A stretch of 63,403 bases of DNA, filler included, from Reticulomyxa filosa (GCA_000512085.1; 22 parts of 22 records of this genome joined end to end with filler, not necessarily neighbours in it), one strand, 5' to 3'; positions 37,481 through 49,703 are shown, numbered from the whole stretch's first letter. Notes: generated by a model from the sequence alone, not told the origin. Numbers and translations are program-made.

Positions 37481-39206
37481 CAGCAGGGGGGGGAGGAGGA
37501 GGGGTTGAAAACAACTGGTACCAAAGGGATGACAAAAATTTTTTTTTATAAAAAAAAAAAAAGATTGCTGGAACAATCTCGATTGAGCCAATCCATTCCA
37601 CCTCCATCAAATTCTACGAATTCGTCGATAACCAAACCAAACCAAACGAAACCAATCTATTTCACAAAACACACAAGTAATTTAGTATAGATATGATATG
37701 GACGTGTATTACACAAGAAATAACTTGCAAATACGGAGTGATGTTGCAAAAAACGGCCGTCGTCAGCCGAATAGATGGGCGCACTTGATATCATTACTTG
37801 GTCCCACTTCGCCCTCTGTTAACACAGCTATATACTAGCCGGTAACACCAAGGGTGAGTGATATTACTTTGGATGTCCATCCTCAGATTGACACTGCCAT
37901 ACCAGTCCTGCAAACGTATTAACTGTCGATGATGCATGTACGCAAACCTCCATTGTGTGTGGCCACTGTTTGCTGCAATCACCGACGCGCCCGATGCACG
38001 CGATATTTGCGATTTATACATCGCTATTGGAATAAGCGCTTTAATTGCGCTAGCGGCTGACTGACTCCTTTTTTTTTTTACCGGAACCCACCAACGTCGA
38101 CCATAGGCCACCATAAATATCCATCTGCAACTAAATAACCCGGATCTTATAATCTCGATCTCAATCACCATCGCAACTTCTATCGCAATCACAACTACGC
38201 CACCACCACGCTCCAATCTCTCCACAAACGAATCGCCGATACTTTTTTTTATTTGTAGTAGTGGCTTCAACTCCAAACTTCAATTGGCAAAAAACAACAA
38301 AAAATGTATTTGTTTAACTTTTTCCAAATGAGATCGACGAAGATATCAACGCTAATCTTGACACTACCGACGCCAGACACGAACGACAAACTAACTGCTT
38401 CGGAAAAAGGGAAAAAAGCGCTCAGTTCGACTTTTTTTTTTGACTTGTAGAAAAAGTTGTGTTTGTTTTCACTTTTTAAATCTTACATAGCATCTGTTAA
38501 CAAATATTGCTTTCACGCAAGCAAATTCTACTAAAAAAGCTTTCAATTGATCTCCATTTAACATTAAAACTTCGATCGTTGTAACCAAAATTGAATATTG
38601 GCTCCTTATACATAATGACTACAAAAGTGTGTCCCACAAACCAAGCATTTTGCATACTTCGTATGCTCAATACTGTTTATGATGAGGCTTTTGCCTGCAG
38701 ACAGTAATATTGTTTATGCTCGTGTTAAATAGTACACAGCTGCCAACAAACGAAGCAATAGCAACTAAAACATCAAATATGCTTGGCCAAAATGTGCTCA
38801 TTGTTCACAATCGGGATCTAGTGATAACTGAGTTTCACGAACACAAACAAAACTATTTCTTTACTTATCACATACATTAGAGCTAGTTTTGTTTTTGTTC
38901 AATAAAATCAATACTATTGATATCTCTACACAATGTCACTATTATAAAAGACAACACAAATTTCGCAAAAATTCAAATAAATTGTTTTTCTAATTGAGAT
39001 TTTTGAAGCAGCAAAAAATTCAATATTTACATCGCGTCTAATTCATAAGATGTTTTTTTTTAGCTTCCGAAAATAGTATACAAGTTTTATCCACTTCTGC
39101 TTGCTGTTTTTTACAGAGATTGACAGTTTATTGTGTATCTTTATGTCGCTAAATAGTGTGCTGGGGCCGAACCTCCGGAACTTTAATTTATACGGGCTGA
39201 TCTCTA

Positions 39207-41415
39207 ATGGGCAATAAACTCAATGTTGATTCCAAGATACACCATAACTTGGACATTTCTTATGATTACAGACACTTTTTTTGCATTATCGAAGACGTCC
39301 CTGACGTTTACAAATGTTTTACTGGGAAAAGGAGTACAATATTTAAAACCCGCCGAAATGAGGACGACACGAAGTTACTATTAGAGTTATTTGAAAAATC
39401 AAGTGCGGAAGAATTGAATAAAGTGATAAAGACGGCAGTATCCAATGAAGAAAGAAAAGAAGACGTTGCAGTGAGTCTGATTTGCTATGCAATGGATGGT
39501 TTGGTAATCCAATGGTACAAGCAAAGCAAAGCGAAAGACGAAAAAGTGTCGGAGACGACCAAGTTGATGTTGGATAGTCTGTTGCAAATTCTGATGAGTA
39601 ACAAAAGTGTCTCAGCAATCAACGTGATGGATGGGTTGCAAGGAGACCATTTGTCAGTGTTATGGCAATTGCCACTCCACCACCACTTGGGATATCAGTC
39701 CGTTGCCATTCGAAGCAAATTGGAAGAGCTCGTATATAGCCACTTTGTCGATACTTTGTATCCACACTTTGGTGACAGCAAGTTGATTGCCGATTACATC
39801 CGTCATCGTCCGGACTTTGTCAACCATCTATTCATTGTGTCTTCTCTCCTGGCTGCCTTGTCCAAATTTGATCTCAAGTCTTTCGATAACTATCACCGGT
39901 ACGTATACATATATATATATATACGTATATGTACATGTATGTATACGTATACTTTATTGTTCACATTAAGATATATGTGTAATGTACACATATACTTTTA
40001 TGTATGCACAAATAAAAATTATATATATGTACATATAACTCACAAAAAAAAAAAAAAAAAAAAGTTGAGTGAAATATATAAGCTGAATGAACGCGTTCGC
40101 GACTATTTGGAGACCGAAAAAGTTGGAGTAGACTCCAGAAGAGTCGCCGACGTGTTGCCGGAATTGGCGTCGCATCGCAACGAAAATGGCGAAGAAGTGA
40201 AAGTGATATTGACGCAGTTGCGACGGGGGTGTCACAACCCCAAATTCTTGGCACGTTGGCAGGGTGCAATGAAAGCGGTGGAGGCGTTTCCGCACAAAGC
40301 GTTTTGGGGTTACTTGGTGGACTTTCATAAGGACCTGTATCAATTCGTCGCTACGTTACATGGAGAAACCGCGCCGGACAATAGCAGCAATGAGCCTAAT
40401 GCACATGATGCATCTCATGATCACCACAAACACAAACACAAACACAATCATAAGCATGGACATGGACACGACCATGAACAGGAGCATCATCCACAAGTGG
40501 TTCAAGATGGAGAAATAGAGGGTAGAGTAGAAGAAGGAGAAGGAAACGAACAAAAGCATTCTTTGGATAATAATGATGACGACAACAACCAAATCGTTCC
40601 TGACAGTTCGAATCAACAAAAAGATTATGACATTGATATTCAAGCTCAATTTTTGTTAATTTGTTTTTTTAAAAAAAAAATTAGATGATTTTGATTGAAA
40701 TTTTTTTTTTTTCTTTTCCTCCCCCCTTCCCCCCCTCTTCCCCCCCCCCCTCTCTTTCTCTCTTTTTTCTCTTCAAAGCCGCTCGTTCTGTGCGTATGCA
40801 GTGGATAATCCTTACGAGTATAGTGAGTTGGTAAACGCGTCGCTGGAAATATTACTGGACGTGCCAAAAGAACACACAGAACAATCGTATTACACCGACT
40901 ATATGACCCACTTTTTCCAATGCAAAGCCATTCCTGCTCACGAAACCATGTCTCGGGTCATCTACCGGATTTGGAAGTATTCTTTGGTTACCTCTTGGTT
41001 TCATGTGGGTGTGCTGATCAAAAACTGGCCTCCACAATTGACGTTTCGGACTTTTTTATTGGGTACGCATAAAAGGGCTGGAGAAAATAGTGCCGTGAAA
41101 AAACTGAGTGGGATGAAATATATATTGAAAATGATTTGGAACTTTTTGCATGATGATATGTGCGAAAAAGCAATTAAATTACTGAGTGATCCCAATAACA
41201 TCATTTGGTGGAGCTCCTTGCGCTTGGATGACGGAGGAAACGAAGATGTTGACTCTAAACTTGAGATCATCAAAAATGTCTTTCACATTTTTATTGAGTT
41301 AAAAGTCCCAACAAGGTCCATTGTCTTTGAGCAATTTGTGCAAAGGCACCAAAGTGAATTGGTGGAACAAGCTGTTCTTCCATTTAAAAGTCGTCTAAGT
41401 CTCACCAATGAGTAA
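39207..41415 (+). CDS. Hypothetical, probably alpha-helical protein with a His-rich insert; three exons (introns 39903-40064, 40655-40778)
   Basis: Both GT-AG introns join ORFs 39207-40688 and 40801-41415 in frame (HRY|LSEIY and QFF|RSFCAYAVDNP); no family recognised. Confidence 0.75.
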
Positions 41416-42409
41416 AAAAAATTTTTTACCAAACTTAGTCAAATAATAGTGCCTTTCTCTTTTTCTATTAGAGTCTTTGTTTTCATTGCTTTTGTAAATC
41501 TTTCACTCATTGCTTCACTTTTCAAAACTGAGACTGACCACAACGGAAGAAAAGTTTAGCAAGCTAAAGCAAAGTGATCATCATTTTCTGTTCAAAATCA
41601 GACACTATTGATATATCAAAACAAACAAAAGAAATGTCTTCGTTTCAAGCTGAAAAAAAACATTTGTTTTGAAGGATATTGAATATTGTAAACAACTACA
41701 TACTGCAACAACTGTTAGTGTCTTAAATAATTTTGAAAAAAATATTCAAATATTTCCATCACAGCAACTTTCGCGGCAAAGACTACTCAGAAAAGCAACT
41801 ACTAAAATAATTTTTTATTGTAAATTTTTTTGAGCAGTATAAAAATATTTATACTACTTAAAAATTTTATATAAATATATGTTTGTTTTATTTAATTTGT
41901 TGAAGAAACAAACTGAATTTTAATATTTTGTGATAATCTGACACTCAGAAAATAATGATTCATAGTATTTAGTTGAATATTTCTACAGTTATATCTACTG
42001 ACAATCCACATTGAATGTACTAATTGTTTCGCAACATTGATATTTAATTTATCCATATATATTTGAAGTTTAATCAAAACTAAAATGTTGTGTTCTTTTT
42101 TTAAATATTGAGTTCATTTTGGTACGAGATCATATTTTAACGAAGACAAGATCTCAATTCTCGCTAAAAAAAATTACAAGTTGATAACGATACAATCATT
42201 AATACGATAGCTACAAGCTTTTTACAGATAATAAGTCAAAAGTGTTTATAATTTAAAGATATTCGAATCATTACATATTACTGGAAGAAATGGATTTATA
42301 ATTTTTTGTTCCAACAAAAAAATTTTGACATAAGATTTATTTGAGAAAGTTGTTTAAAGTTTGTCAATCGTAACATTTTTTTAAAAAGTTGGTAGTGGTA
42401 CCAATTATT

Positions 42410-43474
42410 TCAATGTTTGGAAGAAGTTTCAAACCCTCTGTGTATGACAACAATGGAGTCAGGTTCAATTCGAAAGCGAACACTGCCATCATTCATTTCG
42501 CATTTGATAAAGTCCAAAGCGATAGCACCAGTATTTTGGATTTTGTTTTTTTTGGCAGTGTGTATGGAATTGCGTGGCAGATATGCTTCAAAGAAGTATC
42601 GAAACCACAAGGAATGTCCACAAAGGACAACGTTATCAAATTCACTGCAATTGTTGGAAAACACCCACGACACAAAAGCTCGCATCCTGTCATCGGCCCT
42701 CGCAAAGGAAGGTTTGAAGCTTTCTTTGTGGGACACATTCAAGCGACTGGAAAGCCACTCTTCCCAGTCTTTGACTTGGTGTTTATTGGGACCGTGCAAG
42801 CGCATCGTAATTGACAGGGGCGGGAATTCGCAGTATCCGGACAAAGACATTCCATCGACATTGGAAGTGACCTCTTGCAAGTGTGACACTAACACGATTT
42901 CCTCACGACTGTTGTTTAGGCGTGGAAACAATGCCAAACTCAAAGTCTCCACGCATCGACGAAGAGGTGAGCTTACCAGCAATGCCCCTTTGTTGGGTGC
43001 ATTTTTTAACAATAACAGATCATTCTTTAGCTCATCTTTCATCTCACCTTTGAATAGATAATCTTGCAACTCTTTCGCTTGTGACATACCATATTGAGAT
43101 AATGGCGCGTCCGCAAACACTGAGTCACTCGTCACAAATAACAGACATTCGCGTGCGATCGCATGAAACAATCGCAGCGGCCAACTCAAATCAAAACGTC
43201 GATTAAATATCTCATTCCATGTACTCTCTCCATGACGAATCAATATTAATCTTTTCTTATGCTTTTGCAACACCTTTTCCATGTCGATCTGACCTGGGTC
43301 ATAGCTCGGCAATACTCGTCGCTTGTCTTTTCGGGTTATCATACAAACGAAAGACAGCAACACAATATAACACTTCTTCCCTCCATGCGTCAAGAGCAAT
43401 ACTGTTGCTATTAGCACCGTCCAAAACCAAGTGGCAGACCAACCCAAATTTAGGAATTGTGTTTGATTTTCCAT
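42410..43474 (-). CDS. Histidine phosphatase (phosphoglycerate mutase-like) family protein with N-terminal membrane anchor
   Basis: LILIRHGESTWN, DAPLSQYG, SSPLRRCVET, VLCGHS, IQNTG; hydrophobic N-terminus. The start codon is uncertain. Confidence 0.9.
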   Translation of the reverse strand: MENQTQFLNLGWSATWFWTVLIATVLLLTHGGKKCYIVLLSFVCMITRKDKRRVLPSYDPGQIDMEKVLQKHKKRLILIRHGESTWNEIFNRRFDLSWPLRLFHAIARECLLFVTSDSVFADAPLSQYGMSQAKELQDYLFKGEMKDELKNDLLLLKNAPNKGALLVSSPLRRCVETLSLALFPRLNNSREEIVLVSHLQEVTSNVDGMSLSGYCEFPPLSITMRLHGPNKHQVKDWEEWLSSRLNVSHKESFKPSFARADDRMRAFVSWVFSNNCSEFDNVVLCGHSLWFRYFFEAYLPRNSIHTAKKNKIQNTGAIALDFIKCEMNDGSVRFRIEPDSIVVIHRGFETSSKH

Positions 43475-44102
43475 GAATAAGGGGGGAAGAATTATCCGCT
43501 CCAAAAAAAACCACTAAACTCGTCTAAAGAACTGTTGTCACTTTTGCTTTTTTTTTTTTTTAAAAAAAAAGGACTTACAACAACATATTTATATTTACCA
43601 ATTACACATCGTTTTGGATCCATTTTTAATACTTTGTGTTAAAACAATGCTTAATTTTTTCACAAGCAATATAACATAACATTTGCTTTTGATCCATTTT
43701 TCCAAATCTAAATTTCCACCATTATCTTTCTGTTTTAAGAAAATAACAAATCATCTCTTCTTAAAGTTTTTTTCTTGTGGATATCGAGAGGAACCGTCAT
43801 CAAAATTAAAGAGCAATGTCACAAGAAAAAGAAATGGAAGACGGTATATTTCTTTTCTCCTCTAACCTCAAATGATAAAATAGACAACAATATATATTTA
43901 AAAAAAATCAATGACAATCAAACCACAAACAGAAGATTTTCTTTGCGCGCCGTCCAGTGACGAAAGAGGTAAAGTTTACAAACCAGAGCATAGGCACAGT
44001 AGTCCATTATTTCAACAAAAGGAGATAAGAGGGAGGACGAGGAGAGGAAAAAAAGTGAAAAATAAAATAAAATGCATAAAGTAATGCCCCATATTTTTCT
44101 CC

Positions 44103-44137
<35 letters not shown>

Positions 44138-44334
44138 NNNNNNNNNNNNNNNNNNNNNNNNNNNNNNNNNNNNNNNNNNNNTTAATTAATTAANNNNNNN
44201 NNNNNNNNNNNNNNNNNNNNNNNNNNNNNNNNNNNNNAAAAAAAAAAAAAAAAAAGTTGAAAAAAAACAGAGGAGAGATGATGAACAAATTGGGCTATGC
44301 ACATTGCAACAAATAATAATAATGATAATAAAAG

Positions 44335-45367
44335 CTTGAATCGGGAACGAAAGAGCTGCAACTACGATTACAAAGCTTGAGAGACGAAAGACAACATTTG
44401 ACAAAAGAACTGGCGCGTCTCGATGAAGAGAGTCACAAATTGGAGGAACTTGAACAAATGTTTTGTGGACCATCTTTTTTTTTTTTACTGTTCACTCCTT
44501 CTCCCTCCCTCTTTCTCTCATTTTTTTTTGATTGGATGAAAAGAAAAAAAAAAAAAAGAGGGAGAAATAAACCAACCCAAAATAATAACAATGCCTGGAT
44601 GTACAACAATAAAGGTTTTTTGAAGATGCAAATGACTTTCGCTATGCACTGGAAAATGTCTCCGATCAACATGCTGCCGTGAGACAAAAAATTCGTGAAG
44701 TAAAACATCATTTGGAAGTAATGAAATCTACAAATGTGTTTGATGATGCATTTCATATTTACAATGATGGACATTTTGGGACAATCAATGGGCTGCGTTT
44801 GGGACGGCTGACTAGTGTTGAGGTTGGTTGGGAAGAAATCAATGCCGCCTTAGGTCAATGTGTTTTGTTGCTCGATGTATTGACGAAGAGAGTCAAAAAG
44901 TTCACTTTAAAAGGATTTGAGTTGTATCCTCTTGGCATTTGTAGCGAAATTCATGAAACTAAAAAAGGGACAACTGGTGGCCTGAAAAAGAGTATACATC
45001 AAATGTATGGCAGTCAAAAATTGTTTGGATACTCGGGTTGTGACAAAGCATTGGAATGTTTTCTGGAATGCATGAATCAATTTTGTCGATGGATCCAAAC
45101 GCAAGACAAAAAATTTAAAATGAGATATCAGTTCTGGATTACTTTTACTTTTCATTTTTTTTTCCTCCATATTTTTCACAAACAAAATTAATCAATAAAT
45201 AAACAAAAAAAAAAAGCATCCAAGGGCATGAAATTGGCGATCTAAAAATTGGACTGGCATCAATCAGATTTAATAGCAACACTCCAGAGAATTGGACACA
45301 AGCACTCAAGTACATGGTCATTAATTTGAAGTATTTGCTTGCTTGGGTTGCTGGATATACTTCTTGA
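44335..45367 (+). CDS. ATG6: Beclin-1/Vps30 autophagy protein, 5'-partial (introns 44460-44614, 45131-45216)
   Basis: TNVFDDAFHIYNDGHFGTINGLRLGRL, WEEINAALGQCVLLL, ENWTQALKYMVINLKYLLAW; both introns restore frame; TGA ends at 45367. Confidence 0.95.
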
Positions 45368-45589
45368 CAGTCACATTTTTTAATTTTGTGTCTTATTTTT
45401 GATTTTTTTTTAAATGAAAAAATGGCAAATAGTTGCAATTGTACAACAATCCATTGATGCGCTTTGCCAAAGGACAAAAGAAAAATTAGCATGAGGATGC
45501 TTATAAAGTCCGTTAGCAAATATTAAAAAAAAAAAAGCAGTGTCTTGATTTGTGTCTTTACTTTCTTTTAATATTTTTCCTAATTTTTT

Positions 45590-47293
45590 TTACACACGAG
45601 ACGACTCTTGTTTTCTTCGGACGCGCTGTAAAACGTCCTTGAATTCATCTATCGCGGTAATATCATCAATAGTTGCTGGTATTGCTTTCACTGTGCCAGT
45701 GTCATATATTTCACGTAAGGTGCGTCTTAAAATCTTCCCACTGCGTGTCTTTGGTAATTTTGAAACAATAATGGTTTGTTTGTAACAAGCAAATGCGCCA
45801 ATTTTCTCACGAATCATGCCAACAGTTTCACGCTCTAATCTTTCGGGCGGAATATCCTCTGCACTTGACTTACGTACAGCTATACCCACTGGAACTTCTC
45901 CTTTCATAAAAGGATCACCTACACCAATTACCGCACATTCCGCAACGGAAGGATGCTCAGCAATTACCTTTTTGTTTATTTTGTTTTGCGTTTTTTCATT
46001 CCCTTTCGAAACGATGAAAAGTCATAATATGGGACAGTAAGAGCAAAAGCCTAAACTTGTTCCATGGTGGCAGTCGATAATCTGTGTCCAGCCACTTTAA
46101 TAACGTCATCCACTCTTGACATAACATGAACGTATCCATCTTCATCATAATGTCCACTGTCACCTGTGCAATAGTAACCAGGATAGCGTTGGAGATATGC
46201 GGCTTCGGTCCTTTCGGGGTTGTTGTAAATGCCACTTAACGTTCCAGGAGGAAGTGGCAGTTTTAACACCTGACATACAAATGCATGAGGCCATACACAC
46301 ATTTTTCCTCTCTCTTTTTTTTTTTTTTTTTTTCTCTTTGTCGATAAAATTGTATGAGAGTGAGCATTTTTTTTTTTGTAAAAAAAAAAGACTTACAATT
46401 TCTCCGGTTTGATTGGCTTTCAGAGGAGTTAAATCATGAACAGAGACATCATTATCATGATCTACTTCAGGCAGAATGGCCAAATGCATGCCAGGGATTG
46501 GTTGACCAGCAGCGCCAATTTTTTGGGGCAGTGGCGATTCAATGGCCTTATTTGTTGTTATGTGTAGGAAGGATTTTGTTTTGTTAAAGCATTTTTTTTT
46601 TTCTTCCTCGCCATCGTTAATCCAAGAAAATACATTAAGGACAATTATGAGTAAGTATTAAAAAAAAAAAAAAAAAAAAAAAAGTGTTCACCCGTCCGAA
46701 CATTCGTCCTGAAATCGGGTAACCTGTTTCGGTTTGCCACCAATGGTCACACACAGCGACATGAGACGGCAAAATTTTTTTCGGCATAATGTAAAGTGTT
46801 GGGGTCACATCGTTCTCCAGCAAGGAATAGGTACTGCAAAGTTTTTAGGTCATATCGACCGACATACTCGCCTTTTTCACGAATTTTCGATATAGAAAAA
46901 AACAGAGCAATAAACACCAACAAAAAAAAAAAATCCTATAAATAAATTATTCAAAGAAAGAAAAAAAAAAAAGTAAAGTCTAACCATGAGGGTCTTCTTT
47001 TTTAATGGCTCTAAAAGCAGTCGGAGCAGCGAAGATGCTCTTAACACGGTGCTGTTGCACAATGCGCCAATAGACGCCAGGATCTGGAGTGCCAACAGGC
47101 TTGCCCTCGAACATGACGGTGGTGCAGCCGTGCAGCAACGGTCCATAGATAATGTACGAGTGTCCGACGACCCACCCAATGTCGCTGCTAGCGAACATGA
47201 CATCGCCGGGGTTGCATCCGTAAAAATGTTCCATGGTCCATCGTAGCGCAGAGGCATGTCCACCAGTGTCACGAACAACACCTTTGGGCTTTC
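45590..47293 (-). CDS. ACSS3: Short-chain acyl-CoA synthetase, ACSS3/PrpE (propionate-CoA ligase) type, 5'-partial, multi-exon
   Basis: KPKGVVRDTGGH, SDIGWVVGHSYIIYGPL, EGKPVGTPD, LFLAGERCD, DHWWQTETG, TGDSG, RVDDVIKVAGHRLST, LPKTRSGKILR. One apparent +1 frameshift in the T7 run at 46775-46781. Confidence 0.92.
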
Positions 47294-47404
47294 CTTTTCA
47301 AAGGNNNNNNNNNNNNNNNNNNNNNNNNNNNNNNNNNNNNNNNNNNNNTTAATTAATTAANNNNNNNNNNNNNNNNNNNNNNNNNNNNNNNNNNNNNNNN
47401 NNNN

Positions 47405-48038
47405 CTCGAAGCAATGATAATGATGCAATCATATTCTTTTCTAAAAATTTTTTACATGATTTACTTATTTTATCCATCTTTTCAATATATCTTTGATGTA
47501 TTGGCGCTTCATCAATCAAATCATAAGCAGCAATTTGCAATTGGTCTGGAGAGAATGGATATACGTGGACATTGTTTTGGATGTAATGAAATTCACAGTA
47601 TTGTCTTTTCGAAAATGTCCAAGCTACTACAATATGATATTTCAATCCTTTCCATTTGATTTTCAATGACGACTTCGAATGTCGCAGTATTTTTATTTTA
47701 TCTGTGCAAAGTTCTTTTATTATTTTACCGATGATTTGCTTAATCCATTTGAGAATATCATTGTGTTTTTTTTGGAGTGAATCAATATTATTACAATCCA
47801 AGTGTCTTTCTTTTAGATGATGTAAGAATACCAAATATCCACAAGATACATTAGGAATGACAAGTTGTTTTTGTGCACATCCAGATAATATCACTCCATA
47901 AACACACGAAAACGGGCACTTTTTATCGTAATACACCGTTTCTCTGTATTTGTCCAGTAAACTGTTCACAAAGTTGTTGGCAAGTTCATAATACAGCCCA
48001 CTAGATGTCCTTTCTTTGAATTTATCTTCCAATGACAT
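47405..48038 (-). CDS. 2'-5'-oligoadenylate synthetase (OAS)-like nucleotidyltransferase-fold protein with degenerate catalytic motif, 3'-partial, copy A
   Basis: CPFSCVYGVILSGCAQKQLVIPNVSCGYLVFL aligns by eye with recalled OAS1 [32 protein letters not shown]; later YHIVVA ~ FDVLPA, YDLIDE ~ YVKLIEE, ASLSLLR ~ TCFTELQ. ATG at 48038 is supported by the paralog. Confidence 0.6.
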
Positions 48039-48267
48039 CTCAAAAAATGATGCAGAATTTTTTTTGAGTATTTTTGTTGATATTTTACAAAAATGACTGA
48101 AAATGTAAAAATTTACTTCAAAATTAAAAGCAAAATTCGTTAAATAAAGCACTTAATCACGTAGCTACAAAGAATTTTTATTAAAGTAATAATGTAAGTC
48201 ACAGATATTAAAATTTTAAATCGAAAGTAGCACTTGTTTATTAAAAAATTCTGCATTCGTTTTTAAG

Positions 48268-48485
48268 ATGACATATCAGGTGCTCTTGGAAGAGAGATTT
48301 AAAGAAAGAACAGCTTCCAGTGAATTGTATTATAAGCATGACAACGATCTTGTAAATAGTTTACTGGACAAGCACAAAGATACGTCGTTTTACGATAAAA
48401 AAAATCCATTTTCACGTGTTTATGGAGCGACATTATCCGGATGTGTACAAAAACAACTTGTCATTCCTAATGTATCTTGTGGATA
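48268..48485 (+). CDS. OAS-like protein, copy B, divergent paralog of 47405-48038, 3'-partial
   Basis: LEERFKERTASSELYYKHDNDLVNSLLDKHKDTSFYDKKNPFSRVYGATLSGCVQKQLVIPNVSCG is clearly homologous to the N-terminus of copy A. Confidence 0.6.
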
Positions 48486-48681
48486 NNNNNNNNNNNNNNN
48501 NNNNNNNNNNNNNNNNNNNNNNNNNNNNNTTAATTAATTAANNNNNNNNNNNNNNNNNNNNNNNNNNNNNNNNNNNNNNNNNNNNAATTGTCCTAGACAA
48601 AAAAAAAAACAACAAACAAGCAAAAAAAAAAAAAAACAAACACGTATACGTTTGCCCTGTTCTCTCAAAAAAAAAAAAAAC

Positions 48682-49703
48682 CTCTGGGGCAGAATGAACG
48701 TCAGAATCTTGGTCATGATCTCTGTCTTCGTTGGAGTGAATATCAACATCGCTTTTTCCGCTGTTTTCTTGTTCTGGTAGTTTGGACTTGTCTTTTTCCT
48801 TTTCTTTGTTTTTGTCTTTTTCGGGTTTGAAATCGATTTCGGTGTTCATCCAGCCGTATGCATCATCGTTTTTGTTCTTTTGGATCAAGGCGTTAATGCT
48901 GGCCAGCTTGCTTGCACTTTGGGTGGACGCGGTATTGGCATGACCGTTTTGGCTGGTGGCCACACTGCCGCTGCCAGTCACGCTCCCCGTCCTTGTGGGC
49001 ACACTCTTGTTGTTGTTGTTGTTGTTGCCATTCTCGATCTCCATGTCAACCTCGGTCAACGGCTGACGTGTCCACGGATGCTGCTGTTGCGTTTGAATGG
49101 CCAACTGCGATTGCAACACGGCAATGCTTTGTTTCAAAATATGCATATTTTCTTGGACGGTGCTCGCTTGCGTCGTCAACAGGTTCACCACTCGCATCAG
49201 GTCTTGATGCTGTCGTTCGCGCTCCAATTCTGCTTTTTCTTCCATTTCTTTTTTCACTGCTTCCATTCGCTCTCCCAGACGCTGCTCGCTGTTTCGAACT
49301 TGCGCCGATGCTGCTTGTGTCGATCCAACAAACGACACCACCGTGCCTGCCACTGTCAATGCCGCAAACCCGAGATATCGCAACGCTGTCCAAACTGATG
49401 AACCACCCAATTCTGGGGTGGCTGCTGGCGTTGCTACTGCTGTTGCTGGTAATGAAGAACTTTGGCTTCCTGTTCCTGCGGCATTGGGCTGCGTCTGACT
49501 CTTCTCATTTTTCCAAATAGTTGGTCTAGCATCGCTTCCGTCCCCGCTTCGGCAAGATTTGCTTGCTGCAACGCCGCTGTCACTTGCTGTCGATCCATGT
49601 TCTTTTTACGAACCAAAAAATCCAATTTATCCTTCAGCGACCTTTCACTAGGCGCCTTCAAAAAATGGACAGCTGCCGACAATAATTCAGGGTTTTGGGA
49701 CAT
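48682..49703 (-). CDS. PEX14: Peroxin 14, 3'-partial, with an apparent frameshift in the T5 run at 49508-49512
   Basis: Pex14_N-like ELLSAAVHFLKAP...LKDKLDFL...QVTAAL, then one TM segment and a coiled coil. One extra A joins ORFs 49434-49703 and 48538-49410. Confidence 0.75.

Noticed and set aside
37794-38276. 160-aa minus-strand ORF
   Set aside because: Non-ATG start, no recognisable motif, and no frame on either strand is convincingly coding.
42389-43061. Long antisense ORFs over the histidine phosphatase (similar cases over PEX14 and the RING gene)
   Set aside because: Shadow ORFs expected opposite relatively GC-rich exons; no independent motifs.
45590-47293. Bacterial prpE contamination or recent horizontal transfer
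   Set aside because: The gene has several spliceosomal introns, sits next to ATG6, and ACSS3-type enzymes are widespread in eukaryotes.
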